Assembly (NCBI GenBank): GCA_963713975.1 | Contig: OY970218.1 | Coordinates: 352,001 to 416,000 of the forward strand | Length of the DNA stretch: 64,000 nucleotides | Direction of reading: 5' to 3' | From: an uncultured Chloroflexia bacterium | Lineage (GTDB): Bacteria; Chloroflexota; Limnocylindria; Limnocylindrales; CSP1-4 | Shown here: positions 1 through 8,028 of the stretch, one piece after another | How the letters are laid out: every line of letters starts with the position of its first letter | Numbering within the stretch: position 1 is the first letter of the stretch | The notes under the pieces: model-generated | The model's database searches: none | Told to the model about the DNA's origin: nothing | What the model saw: only the letters and a program-made list of their open reading frames with translations | Translations under genes and position numbers: made by a program

Positions 1-582
1 AAGGACAAAGTAGTAGGCGGCCCTCGTATTGACGATGAACAGCGAGACCATGACGACGCTCGTCAGCACGACGGCATTCACCACCTGCCGGTCCCAGGTC
101 TTGAGGATCGCGTTCACGACGTCCACGAACCCCGGCAGGAGCGCGACGCCCTCGAGCAGGACCAGCCAGCCCACGATGGCGATCGTAAGGTGGAGCGCCT
201 GGTCCGCCAGAAACAGCAGCCCGGGCCACGGTGTCCAGGCGGCGCCGAGGCCGGACGTCGGCACCTCGCCGGTCCCCGTCATGCGGCGCCGGGCCGTCGC
301 GAGGGCCGCGTGCTCCGCCCGGCGCGTCGCCTGGACCTTCCAGCGGTCGACGGCGACGTGCGACAGGCCCACGACCAGGAGGTAGGCGACGCCGGGCAAC
401 CCGAACGCCAGCACGACCGGGATGAGACACAGGGCCACGTGGAGGCCGTGCGTGGACAGCGCGGCCCAGCCACGGCGTCCACCCGCGCCCTTGTTGATCG
501 CGATCCAGTCGTTCTGGAGCACGAAGTCCGCGATCAGGTGCGCCAGCACGAGCCAGGCGACGACCAGCACGGGATCGGTCAC
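1..582 (-). CDS. DUF3307 (SatE-like) membrane protein, runs off the window start
   Basis: Not in the ORF track. GTG at 582 overlaps the SatD stop (GTGA). Translates MTDPVLVVAWLVLAHLIADFVLQNDWIAINKG, the AHLxxDFxLQ signature; hydrophobic. Confidence 0.8.
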   Translation of the reverse strand, partial: MTDPVLVVAWLVLAHLIADFVLQNDWIAINKGAGGRRGWAALSTHGLHVALCLIPVVLAFGLPGVAYLLVVGLSHVAVDRWKVQATRRAEHAALATARRRMTGTGEVPTSGLGAAWTPWPGLLFLADQALHLTIAIVGWLVLLEGVALLPGFVDVVNAILKTWDRQVVNAVVLTSVVMVSLFIVNTRAAYYFVL

Positions 583-1256
583 GACGCGCTCCCTGCAGCA
601 TCTCCGGCCGCGGCCGCGGCATCGCCGGCTCTCGTGACACCGTCGCAGAAGATGGTCGCGAGCGCGGTCGCCAGCCGCCCAAGGTGCCGGATCCGGCCGC
701 GGCTCGCGATCACGGAGACGGTCGCCCGGCTCACGCCGAGGCGCTCCGCTGCGTCCGCCCGTCGGAGCCCGTCGACCAGCAGGAGCCGTCCGACCTCGCG
801 CTGGCGCTCCGTCAGCTCATCGAGCAGCGCGGGAAGGAGTGGTCCGAGGTCGGCGAGCAGCCCATCGGCCACCGGGTCACCGGTCACCGCGAGCAGCCCC
901 TCCCGGTGCGTCCGCGCCTGGTCCAGGAGCTGGCGAGCCGCGTGGAAGGCAGGCCCGGTGCGCTCCGTCGCAGGTCCCTGGCCCGGCTGGACCTCCCCGG
1001 CAACGATGACCCACCGGAGGACCCGCGAGCCGGGGAGCAGGGCCGCGCGCACGACCGCCGTGAACGGGTCCGCGTCCGGGGCGAGCAGCAGCTGGACCTC
1101 GTCGCCCTGCGTGAACCCTGCCGGCGCGATGCGCTGGCCGGCATAGGCTCGCTCCAGCTCGTCCCGGAGGGTTCGGAGGTAGTCAGACGCGCCGGCATCA
1201 CGCCGCGAATCCACGACGTCCCCGAAGACCACGGTCGCCGCGATGTCCGATGTCAC
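579..1256 (-). CDS. SatD-family protein (nucleotide-cyclase-like fold) with C-terminal HTH
   Basis: GDVVDSRR, TQGDEVQ and GPAFHAAR motifs; C-terminal LTERQREV...RADAAERLGVSRATVS HTH. Confidence 0.8.
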   Translation of the reverse strand: MTSDIAATVVFGDVVDSRRDAGASDYLRTLRDELERAYAGQRIAPAGFTQGDEVQLLLAPDADPFTAVVRAALLPGSRVLRWVIVAGEVQPGQGPATERTGPAFHAARQLLDQARTHREGLLAVTGDPVADGLLADLGPLLPALLDELTERQREVGRLLLVDGLRRADAAERLGVSRATVSVIASRGRIRHLGRLATALATIFCDGVTRAGDAAAAAGDAAGSAS

Positions 1257-1282
1257 GCGCCGGAGCCTACTCCATCACGAGT

Positions 1283-1327
1283 TAGCCACAAATGGCTATG
1301 TAGCCCACAGGTAACCACAAATGGCCA
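1283..1327. promoter_or_regulatory. Tandem palindromic operator-like sites upstream of the SatD gene
   Basis: TAGCCA-CAAA-TGGCTA (1283-1298, perfect arms) and TAACCA-CAAA-TGGCCA (1312-1327) in an AT-richer patch; minus-strand -10 TAGGCT at 1264-1269. Confidence 0.6.
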
Positions 1328-1340
1328 TCAAGCCGCAATG

Positions 1341-2873
1341 TCAAACCGGCGACACCCCGGATCGAGCGACGAGACCTTCGACCGCGACCTCCAGGGCTGC
1401 GTGGTGGGCGTCCGTCGCGAAGTCGAGGAGCGGGTCTGCCTGGAGGACGTGCTCGCTCAGCGCCCCACCCACGCGCACGTATACCACCGGGTAGAGGCCG
1501 CCTTTGCCGTCCGACTCGATCGTCATAGCCGCCAGGTCCGTGGTCATCCCGTCCAGGGCGTGGGCGAGCGGCAGGATCCCCTCGTCACGGAGCCCGCGGT
1601 CCCCCGACGCGGACACGACGCGGGCGAGGTACGCCTTCTGGTGCCACAGCTCGGGGGCGGCGGTCGCCTCGCGCAGGAGATACGGGACCAGGTCCACCGG
1701 GCTCACGGCAGGCGCCTCGACCGTGATCCCGAAGCGAGTCCGGGCGATGTGCCGGGCCAGGACCATGCTGTTGTACCGGTGCCCGTGGACCGCGCCGGAG
1801 TTGGCGGGGATCCCGTGCTTGCGCAGGCCCGGTGCGGCCTGGCTGATGGTCCCGGCAAAGAAGATGCCGGGTACCGTCGTGCTCTCCCAGAACGGCGTGA
1901 CGGCGGGCAGCCGACTGGCGCCGAACGTCGCGACGCCGAGCTCGGGCAGGTCCAGCAGAGGGCAGGTGAAGCCCGTGGCCGCGATGACCTCGTCGGCCTG
2001 CACGCACATCGGCTCGCCGTTGTCGGTGCGCCGGAGGTCCACCCGCACGGCCTCGCCGTCGGGGGTGAGTCCCGTGATCGAGGCGTCCAGGATGCTCACT
2101 CCAAGACCCAGGAAGCCGTCCTCGAACGGCTGGACGTAGCGGGCACGCACGCCCACCAGGGACTTCGTCTGGATGCTGGTCTTCGCGGGCGACGGCGAGC
2201 AGACGGTGATCGAGGATGCCCACGGGGCAAGGCCGGAGGCCAGCTCGAACCCGGAGTTCTGCTTCCCGATGATGAACACCCGCCGCCCCGCATACGAGGC
2301 GGCGTCCCGGGTCTCGGCGTAGTGATTGGCAAGCTCGATGCCGGGCGTCGCCGGGCTCGAGGGTTCGGCGATCCCGACCGCCAGGACGAGGGTCCGACAG
2401 CGGTACTCGCCGTCGCTCGTCTCGAGGATGAAGGTGGCGCCGTCCGGACCGTCCTCCCGGCTCGTCCGCTCCCAGCGACAGTCGTAGCGGACCCGGATCC
2501 CGGCCCGTTCGGCAAATGCCTCGAGGTTGGCCTGCATCCCGGGGCGGGACGGGAAGTACGAGGTCCCGTCGAGGAAGTCAGCCTGGAGGGAGCGCAGCTC
2601 GGGCTCGTCGGCCAGCAGGCTGTTCCAGTCGTAGCGCTCGTACTCGCGGCTGCCGCGCTCGACCGGCGCATAGGGCTTCGTCCACGACAGCAGCCGCTGG
2701 AAGAACGGCCAGCGGCGGAACATCCCGCCCGCGCCGGAGTCCGCGGACAGGACGGCGTGCGGCACCCCGAGCCGGCCGAGCCCATACGAGAGCTGGAGGC
2801 CGCCGGGCCCGGAGCCGACGACGATGACCGGGTAGTCGCCAGGGGGGAAGGGACGGTCGGCTGCGTCCACCAC
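1341..2873 (-). CDS. FAD/NAD(P)-dependent oxidoreductase, FOXRED2/flavin monooxygenase-like
   Basis: GSGPGG FAD motif, RYDWNSLL, IIGKQNSG second Rossmann motif, ATGF, VHGHRYN. Start re-assigned to the GTG overlapping the upstream stop. Confidence 0.85.
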   Translation of the reverse strand: MVDAADRPFPPGDYPVIVVGSGPGGLQLSYGLGRLGVPHAVLSADSGAGGMFRRWPFFQRLLSWTKPYAPVERGSREYERYDWNSLLADEPELRSLQADFLDGTSYFPSRPGMQANLEAFAERAGIRVRYDCRWERTSREDGPDGATFILETSDGEYRCRTLVLAVGIAEPSSPATPGIELANHYAETRDAASYAGRRVFIIGKQNSGFELASGLAPWASSITVCSPSPAKTSIQTKSLVGVRARYVQPFEDGFLGLGVSILDASITGLTPDGEAVRVDLRRTDNGEPMCVQADEVIAATGFTCPLLDLPELGVATFGASRLPAVTPFWESTTVPGIFFAGTISQAAPGLRKHGIPANSGAVHGHRYNSMVLARHIARTRFGITVEAPAVSPVDLVPYLLREATAAPELWHQKAYLARVVSASGDRGLRDEGILPLAHALDGMTTDLAAMTIESDGKGGLYPVVYVRVGGALSEHVLQADPLLDFATDAHHAALEVAVEGLVARSGVSPV

Positions 2874-3295
2874 TAGCTCCGCCAGCGGTTGGCGTTGCGC
2901 AGGCGGCGGGCCTGGGCCTGCAGCATCCGCAGCATGACCGTGGGGTTGGCGAGCAGGAACGGCGCCACGGCCGAGGGCCCCATCACGAGGCAGTGCAGCG
3001 TGCTCTTGGCGACCACGTCGGCGGTCGGCGGTTCGCCGAGCAGGATCGACACCTCGCCGAAGAAGTCGCCGCGGTGCAGCGTGCTGCGCACGGTCCCGTC
3101 GATGCAGACCTCGGCGGACCCCTCCAGGATGAGGTAGAAGCCCGATCCGGTCATCCCCTGGCGGAGGATCCGGTCGCCCTCGGCAGCGACGGCCTCCTCG
3201 AACATGCCGGCGACGCTGAGCAGCTGGGGTGACCCCATGTCGGCGAACAGGGCAAACCCGGACAGCGTGTCGGCGAGCTCTTCGCGGCTGGCCAC
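2873..3295 (-). CDS. Stand-alone cyclic nucleotide-binding domain protein
   Basis: ILRQGMTGSGFYLILEG...GDFFGEVSILLGEPPTADV; GGAG RBS before GTG at 3295; no HTH. Confidence 0.85.
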   Translation of the reverse strand: MASREELADTLSGFALFADMGSPQLLSVAGMFEEAVAAEGDRILRQGMTGSGFYLILEGSAEVCIDGTVRSTLHRGDFFGEVSILLGEPPTADVVAKSTLHCLVMGPSAVAPFLLANPTVMLRMLQAQARRLRNANRWRS

Positions 3296-3458
3296 GAGTC
3301 CTCCATTCTCCCCGGCCAATCGCGGCCCGCGGGGTGGCGTGCATGGTCCCACACTCCGCTCCATCGAGTGGGGGCGGGTCGGGTCGTGGCGGCGGCAATC
3401 CGTTGACGACGGGCCGCCGTGCGGCGCACCATGGCGACCCATCCATCCGGAGGAATCG

Positions 3459-3887
3459 ATGCCGCTTGCCGCGTCCCAGCGCGAGGCACTTGTCGCTGCC
3501 TGCCCGCTGTTCCATGGCCTCGATGCCGAGGGCCTGACCGCCGTGGGCAATGCCGTGATCGAGGTCGACTTCCCGGCCGAGCGGGTCATCGCCCGACAGG
3601 GCGAGATCGGGACCGGGCTGTTCATCGTGGCCGAAGGATCCGTCCGGGTCGTTCGCGAGGGAACGCTCCTCGCGCGGCTGGGCCCGGGTGACTTCTTTGG
3701 CGAGCTCTCCGTCCTCGACGGCGGCCCGCGCAACGCCCATGTGATCGCCGACCAGCCCACGACCTGCCTCGCGCTCGCGACCTGGGACGCGGAGCGGGTG
3801 ATGCGCGAGCAGCCGGGCGTCGCGCTGGCAGTGGTGCGAGTCCTGGCGGCGCGGCTGCGTGAGGCCACGGCGGATTACAGGATCTGA
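3459..3887 (+). CDS. Stand-alone cyclic nucleotide-binding domain protein
   Basis: IARQGEIGTGLFIVAEG...GDFFGELSVLDGGPRNAHV with intact phosphate-binding Arg; GGAGG RBS. Confidence 0.88.
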   Translation: MPLAASQREALVAACPLFHGLDAEGLTAVGNAVIEVDFPAERVIARQGEIGTGLFIVAEGSVRVVREGTLLARLGPGDFFGELSVLDGGPRNAHVIADQPTTCLALATWDAERVMREQPGVALAVVRVLAARLREATADYRI

Positions 3888-4091
3888 GGGCCCGGCATCC
3901 CGTCGTCGCGAGACGGCGTAGCATGGCGTGGTGCCGGCCGGCGACATCGCCACCGCCCCCGATCCCGGGGCGCCCGGCCCTATTTGGCTGACCACAGGCA
4001 CCTGAGGGAGGGCCCGACGATTGGATGACGGCGCGCCCCGTCCCGGCGTGACCCGGCAGCCCGACCTCCACCGCACGGCTCACGACGGCAC

Positions 4092-5417
4092 ATGAGCGGC
4101 GGCAGGCGGCTCGGACCGATCGCATTCCGGGCATACGGCCAGTTCAGCCGGGACGCCCGCCTGATCCTCGTCACCAGCCTCGTGGTGGGGGCGACGGTCA
4201 GCCTGTGGTGGATCGACTTCAACCTGTACCTCGTCTCGCTCGGCTACTCGACCGCGACGATCGGGCTGGTGTCGACGCTTGCGGCGCTGGCCGGCGGGCT
4301 GATCGCGTTTCCCGCGAGCGCCGCGTCGGATCGGGTCGGGCGACGAATGGTGTTCTTCGCCGGGCTCGTCGCCGCGATCGTCGCCCTGGTGGCGCTGCTC
4401 GCGAGCGAGACGCTGATCGTGGTCGCGCTCGGGGCCGCCCTGTGGTCGATGGGGTTCCAGGCCTTCCAGGTCGTGATCGCGCCCTACATGACCGAGCACA
4501 GCACCCCGTCGCATCGCAACGAGCTGTTCGCGGTGCAGTTCGCCATCCAGAACATGACCAATATCGCCGCCGCCATCCTCGGTGCGGTGGTCGCCACGTG
4601 GCTTGCCGGCGCCCTGGGGATGGCCGCTGACGGCCCGGGCGTCTACCGGATCATCCTCGTGATCATGCTGGCGCTGACGGTGCTCGGGCTCGTCACGGTC
4701 GCCAGGCTCAGGGACGACCGGCCCTCGCGGATCGTGGGTGCCCGCCTCCGCAGCCTCGGCGAGCCCGCCGCGTTCCCGGCCGATCCGCGCCGTCCGAGGA
4801 CGATGCTGGGGATCACGATCCGCGATCGGGCCAGGTTCGCGAAGCTGCTGATCCCGGGCTTGCTCATCTCGATCGGCGCGGGCCAGATCATCCCGTTCCT
4901 CAACGTCTACATCCAGCGGAAGTTCGGGCTCGATCTGGCGGAGCTCAACGCCGTCTTCGCACTGACGTCGCTGGGCACGGTCGCGGCCATCCTCGCCCAG
5001 CCGTGGCTGGCCCGCCGGTTCGGCCAGATCACATCGGTGGTGCTGGTCCAGGCGGCGTCGATCCCCTTCCTCGTGATCCTCGGCTTCTCGCCCATCCTGT
5101 GGAGCGTGATCCTCGCGATGGCCGTCCGGAACTCGCTGATGAACGCGGGCAACCCGATCTTCAACGCATTCGCGATGGAGCAGGTGTCTCCTGTCGAGCG
5201 CGCGTCCCTCTCGGCCGCGATGAGCGTGCTGTGGCAGGTGGGCTGGGTGATCGGCGGCACCTGGTATGCGCTGCTCCAGGCATCACTGGGGTTCGAGGCC
5301 GGCTACACGATCAACTTCATCACGATCATTGCCCTGTACTCGATCGCCACTGCGCTGTACTGGATCTGGTTCCGGGAGGCGGACCGGCGAGCCCTTCGAG
5401 CCCGGCAGGCCACCTGA
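4092..5417 (+). CDS. MFS transporter
   Basis: About 12 hydrophobic segments; ASDRVGRR motif A. Confidence 0.9.
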   Translation: MSGGRRLGPIAFRAYGQFSRDARLILVTSLVVGATVSLWWIDFNLYLVSLGYSTATIGLVSTLAALAGGLIAFPASAASDRVGRRMVFFAGLVAAIVALVALLASETLIVVALGAALWSMGFQAFQVVIAPYMTEHSTPSHRNELFAVQFAIQNMTNIAAAILGAVVATWLAGALGMAADGPGVYRIILVIMLALTVLGLVTVARLRDDRPSRIVGARLRSLGEPAAFPADPRRPRTMLGITIRDRARFAKLLIPGLLISIGAGQIIPFLNVYIQRKFGLDLAELNAVFALTSLGTVAAILAQPWLARRFGQITSVVLVQAASIPFLVILGFSPILWSVILAMAVRNSLMNAGNPIFNAFAMEQVSPVERASLSAAMSVLWQVGWVIGGTWYALLQASLGFEAGYTINFITIIALYSIATALYWIWFREADRRALRARQAT

Positions 5418-5483
5418 CCGCAGGGCAGGCCAGGGACGGTGGATGGATACCGTCCGTCCGCACCGGCCGGTAGACTGCGCGCC

Positions 5484-6341
5484 ATGGCAGACACCCACGC
5501 CCCCGGTCGCGCGAAGACGGGGATCCCCCGCAACCCGGGCCGCCACGAGCTGGGGATGAGGGCGACGCTCCTGTTCCCCGACAAGGAAATCGTGGAGCGC
5601 TTCTACGTGCCGCTGGTCTACACGGCGTGCCGTACCTGCTACTCGGAGCTGGAGCCCCAGGAGATCTTCCGGCGGGCGGTCGAGGGCGAGGTCGCGCCGG
5701 CCTCCATGCAGCGGCTCATTTCGAACGTGATCGAATCCGGCCACGGCTCCACGATCGAGCACATCGTCTTCACCTTCGGCCTCTCGGGCGTGTCACGGAC
5801 GCTGTCCCACCAGCTCGTCCGCCACCGCGCCGGTGTCGCCTTCGACCAGCAGAGCCAGCGCTATGTGAAGTTCAAGGGCGCGGCCACGATGCTGCCGGCG
5901 ACCATCGCGGAGGCCGAGCCCGACCTCCGCGCGCGCTACGAGGACCAGGTCGACGGGGCGCTCGGCCTGTACGCCGAGCTGGTGGAAGCCGGGGTGCCCG
6001 GCGAGGACGCCCGGTTCGTCTTTCCCAACGCGACGCGCACCAACCTCGTCATGACGACGAACCTGCGCGCCCTCATCCACATGTCGGGACTGCGCCTGTG
6101 CACCATGGCCCAGTGGGAGATCCGCCGGCTGTTCCAGCTGATGCGCCACGAGGTCTTTGGCGTGTCGCCGTTCCTGGGCTCGTTCCTGGCGCCCAAGTGC
6201 GTGCCGCTAGGCTACTGCGACGAGTTCAATAACCGCGACGAGCACTGTCCCATCCGGCCGCACAAGGACAACGTCCTGGGTGCCTGGGCGCAGGGACGCG
6301 ACGCCGCCCGCGCGGCGGGGCGCGACCTGCCGGTCACCTGA
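5484..6341 (+). CDS. thyX: FAD-dependent thymidylate synthase
   Basis: GHGSTIEH, SHQLVRHR..QQSQRY, EDARF, NLRAL, AQWEIR; leaderless start after TAGACT. Confidence 0.93.
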   Translation: MADTHAPGRAKTGIPRNPGRHELGMRATLLFPDKEIVERFYVPLVYTACRTCYSELEPQEIFRRAVEGEVAPASMQRLISNVIESGHGSTIEHIVFTFGLSGVSRTLSHQLVRHRAGVAFDQQSQRYVKFKGAATMLPATIAEAEPDLRARYEDQVDGALGLYAELVEAGVPGEDARFVFPNATRTNLVMTTNLRALIHMSGLRLCTMAQWEIRRLFQLMRHEVFGVSPFLGSFLAPKCVPLGYCDEFNNRDEHCPIRPHKDNVLGAWAQGRDAARAAGRDLPVT

Positions 6342-6423
6342 CCGATACTGTGTGGCCGCCGCCGTCACAGAGCACAACCGCCCAGGCGCCCGCCGTGGCG
6401 CGCCGTCCAGAGGAGCATCGAGC

Positions 6424-6609
6424 GTGAAGAAGCTTGGCGTCGTCGCCTTTGTCATCGCCGCCGCCATCACCGGCGCGGCCGGGCTGTCGGGAACGGCATG
6501 GTCCGGCTACGACCACATGATCGTGCTGTTCTGCGCGATCTTCTTCGGGATCATCGTGCTCGGCGCAGTCCTCGATCGCGCCGCGCGAAACGCCGCAGGC
6601 GGCGGCTGA
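6424..6609 (+). CDS. Small two-TM membrane protein (61 aa)
   Basis: GAGGAG RBS then GTG; MKKLGVVAFVIAAA...MIVLFCAIFFGIIVLGAVL. Confidence 0.65.
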   Translation: MKKLGVVAFVIAAAITGAAGLSGTAWSGYDHMIVLFCAIFFGIIVLGAVLDRAARNAAGGG

Positions 6610-6649
6610 CCTCGTCCCTGCCCCGGGAACCAGGGCGCCGGCACCCCGA

Positions 6650-7513
6650 TCAGCTATCGCCGAGCCCGGCGATGAAGCGGCGCAGCACCCTGGCGAGCCG
6701 CGGCCCCGCCTCGGCGCCTGCCTTGAGCACCTCCTCGTGGGTCAGCGGCTGCCCGCTGTAGCCGGCACCCGCGTTGGTCACCAAAGACACGCCACAAACC
6801 TCGAGACCGACCCAGCGTGCCGCAACCGCCTCGAGCACCGTCGACATGCCGACGGCATCGGCGCCCATGGCGTGCAGCATGCGGACCTCGGCCGGCGTCT
6901 CGTAGCTGGGACCCAGCAGCCCCACGTAGACCCCTTCCTCAAGGGGCACACCCTCGGCCACGCCAGCGGCCCTGAGGACTGCCCGGTGGGCAGGGGTCCA
7001 GACATCCGTCATGTCCGCGAACCGTGGTCCGAGCTCGTCCGCGTTCTGGCCAAGCAGCGGCGTCATCCCGGTCAGGTTGATGTGATCCGCGATCACCATC
7101 AGCGTCCCCGGTCCATACGCGGGATTCGCACCGCCCGCTGCGTTGGTCAGGATCACCAGGCTCGCACCCAGCTGCCGGAAGAGCAGCACCGGCTGGACGA
7201 CGAGGCCCGGGGCGTTGCCCTCGTAGAGGTGGAGCCGGCCCTGGAGCGCGGCGACCGGGACACCGGCGAGGCTACCCAGCAGCAGGCGGCCGGCGTGGCC
7301 CGGGGCGGTCGCGACTGGCCACCCGGGAAGGTCCTCGAAGGGGATCGAGACCACGTCCTCGATGTCATCGGCGAGGCTGCCCAGGCCGGAGCCGAGGACG
7401 ATGGCGACACGCGGCACGAGGTCCGTGCGCGAACGCACGGCAGCGACAAGCGCGGCCAATCGGACCGGCTGCTCGGAGGGGGGGATCGGACGGGAGCGGT
7501 CGATGTCTGCCAT
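6650..7513 (-). CDS. punA: Purine-nucleoside phosphorylase (trimeric type)
   Basis: VLGSGLG, PGHAG, QGRLHLYEG, TNAAGG, GPSYETPAE, VGMSTV. Confidence 0.93.
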   Translation of the reverse strand: MADIDRSRPIPPSEQPVRLAALVAAVRSRTDLVPRVAIVLGSGLGSLADDIEDVVSIPFEDLPGWPVATAPGHAGRLLLGSLAGVPVAALQGRLHLYEGNAPGLVVQPVLLFRQLGASLVILTNAAGGANPAYGPGTLMVIADHINLTGMTPLLGQNADELGPRFADMTDVWTPAHRAVLRAAGVAEGVPLEEGVYVGLLGPSYETPAEVRMLHAMGADAVGMSTVLEAVAARWVGLEVCGVSLVTNAGAGYSGQPLTHEEVLKAGAEAGPRLARVLRRFIAGLGDS

Positions 7514-7591
7514 GCGAGGAGGATAGGCCGGGCCGACCACGGGGTCTCGCCTGTCGTGCTGGGTGATGGCCGCGGCGGGCCTTAAACTCCG

Positions 7592-7834
7592 ACGCCCGGC
7601 AGGAGTACCGACACCGGGATGCCGGTCGCGTCCTTTCGGGCGCCCAGGCCGACGACCCTCGCGGGCTGTCTGCGCTGGTGAACGAAGTGCCCGAAGCAAC
7701 CGGAGAGCGCCGGACCTTGATGTGATCGCGGTCATGGCGCCGACCTGGCGTCGATGCGATCTCGGCCTGGCCGGGTGGAACGGGCTTGAGGCAATCGCCC
7801 CCGTTCCGGGCCTCCTATCGGCCCCCTCGGGCAC
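7592..7834 (-). ncRNA. Putative ~245-nt structured non-coding RNA of unknown class
   Basis: 5' and 3' ends pair over about 17 bp with G-U pairs; nested 8-9 bp stems; GAAA, GCGA and UUCG tetraloops on the minus strand; promoter directly upstream. Confidence 0.65.
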
Positions 7835-7839
7835 GACCA

Positions 7840-7868
7840 ACGTTACGACCCGACCGCGCCCAGTCCAA
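7840..7868 (-). promoter_or_regulatory. Sigma70-type promoter of the putative ncRNA
   Basis: -35 TTGGAC (7863-7868), 17-nt spacer, -10 TAACGT (7840-7845). Confidence 0.6.
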
Positions 7869-8028
7869 CGGGGTTGTCCACGAACCACCGGCCGGCGGAG
7901 CCGGCTCCGTCCACGACTTTGCCACCGCTGTGGATGGCCTGTGGACGGCAGGCATGGGCCTGCGGGCATACCCGCAACGCTGCGCAAGCGCCCCACGCCA
8001 ACGCTGCACCAGCGCCGCCAGCGAACGA

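Noticed and set aside
2874-4076. 911-aa ORF as a single large flavoprotein
   Set aside because: The 5' part overlaps two real cNMP genes; the flavoprotein starts near 2873.
7592-7834. Identity as tmRNA, RNase P RNA, SRP RNA, T-box or Moco riboswitch
   Set aside because: No tRNA-like acceptor/CCA end, no GAGGAAAGUCC, no SRP helix-8 motif, no T-box sequence; it lies downstream, not upstream, of moaA.
7514-7996. N-terminal extension of PNP in the 448-aa ORF
   Set aside because: Arg/Pro-rich non-protein-like sequence. The true start is ATG 7513 after TATCCT, and the region is better explained by a structured RNA.
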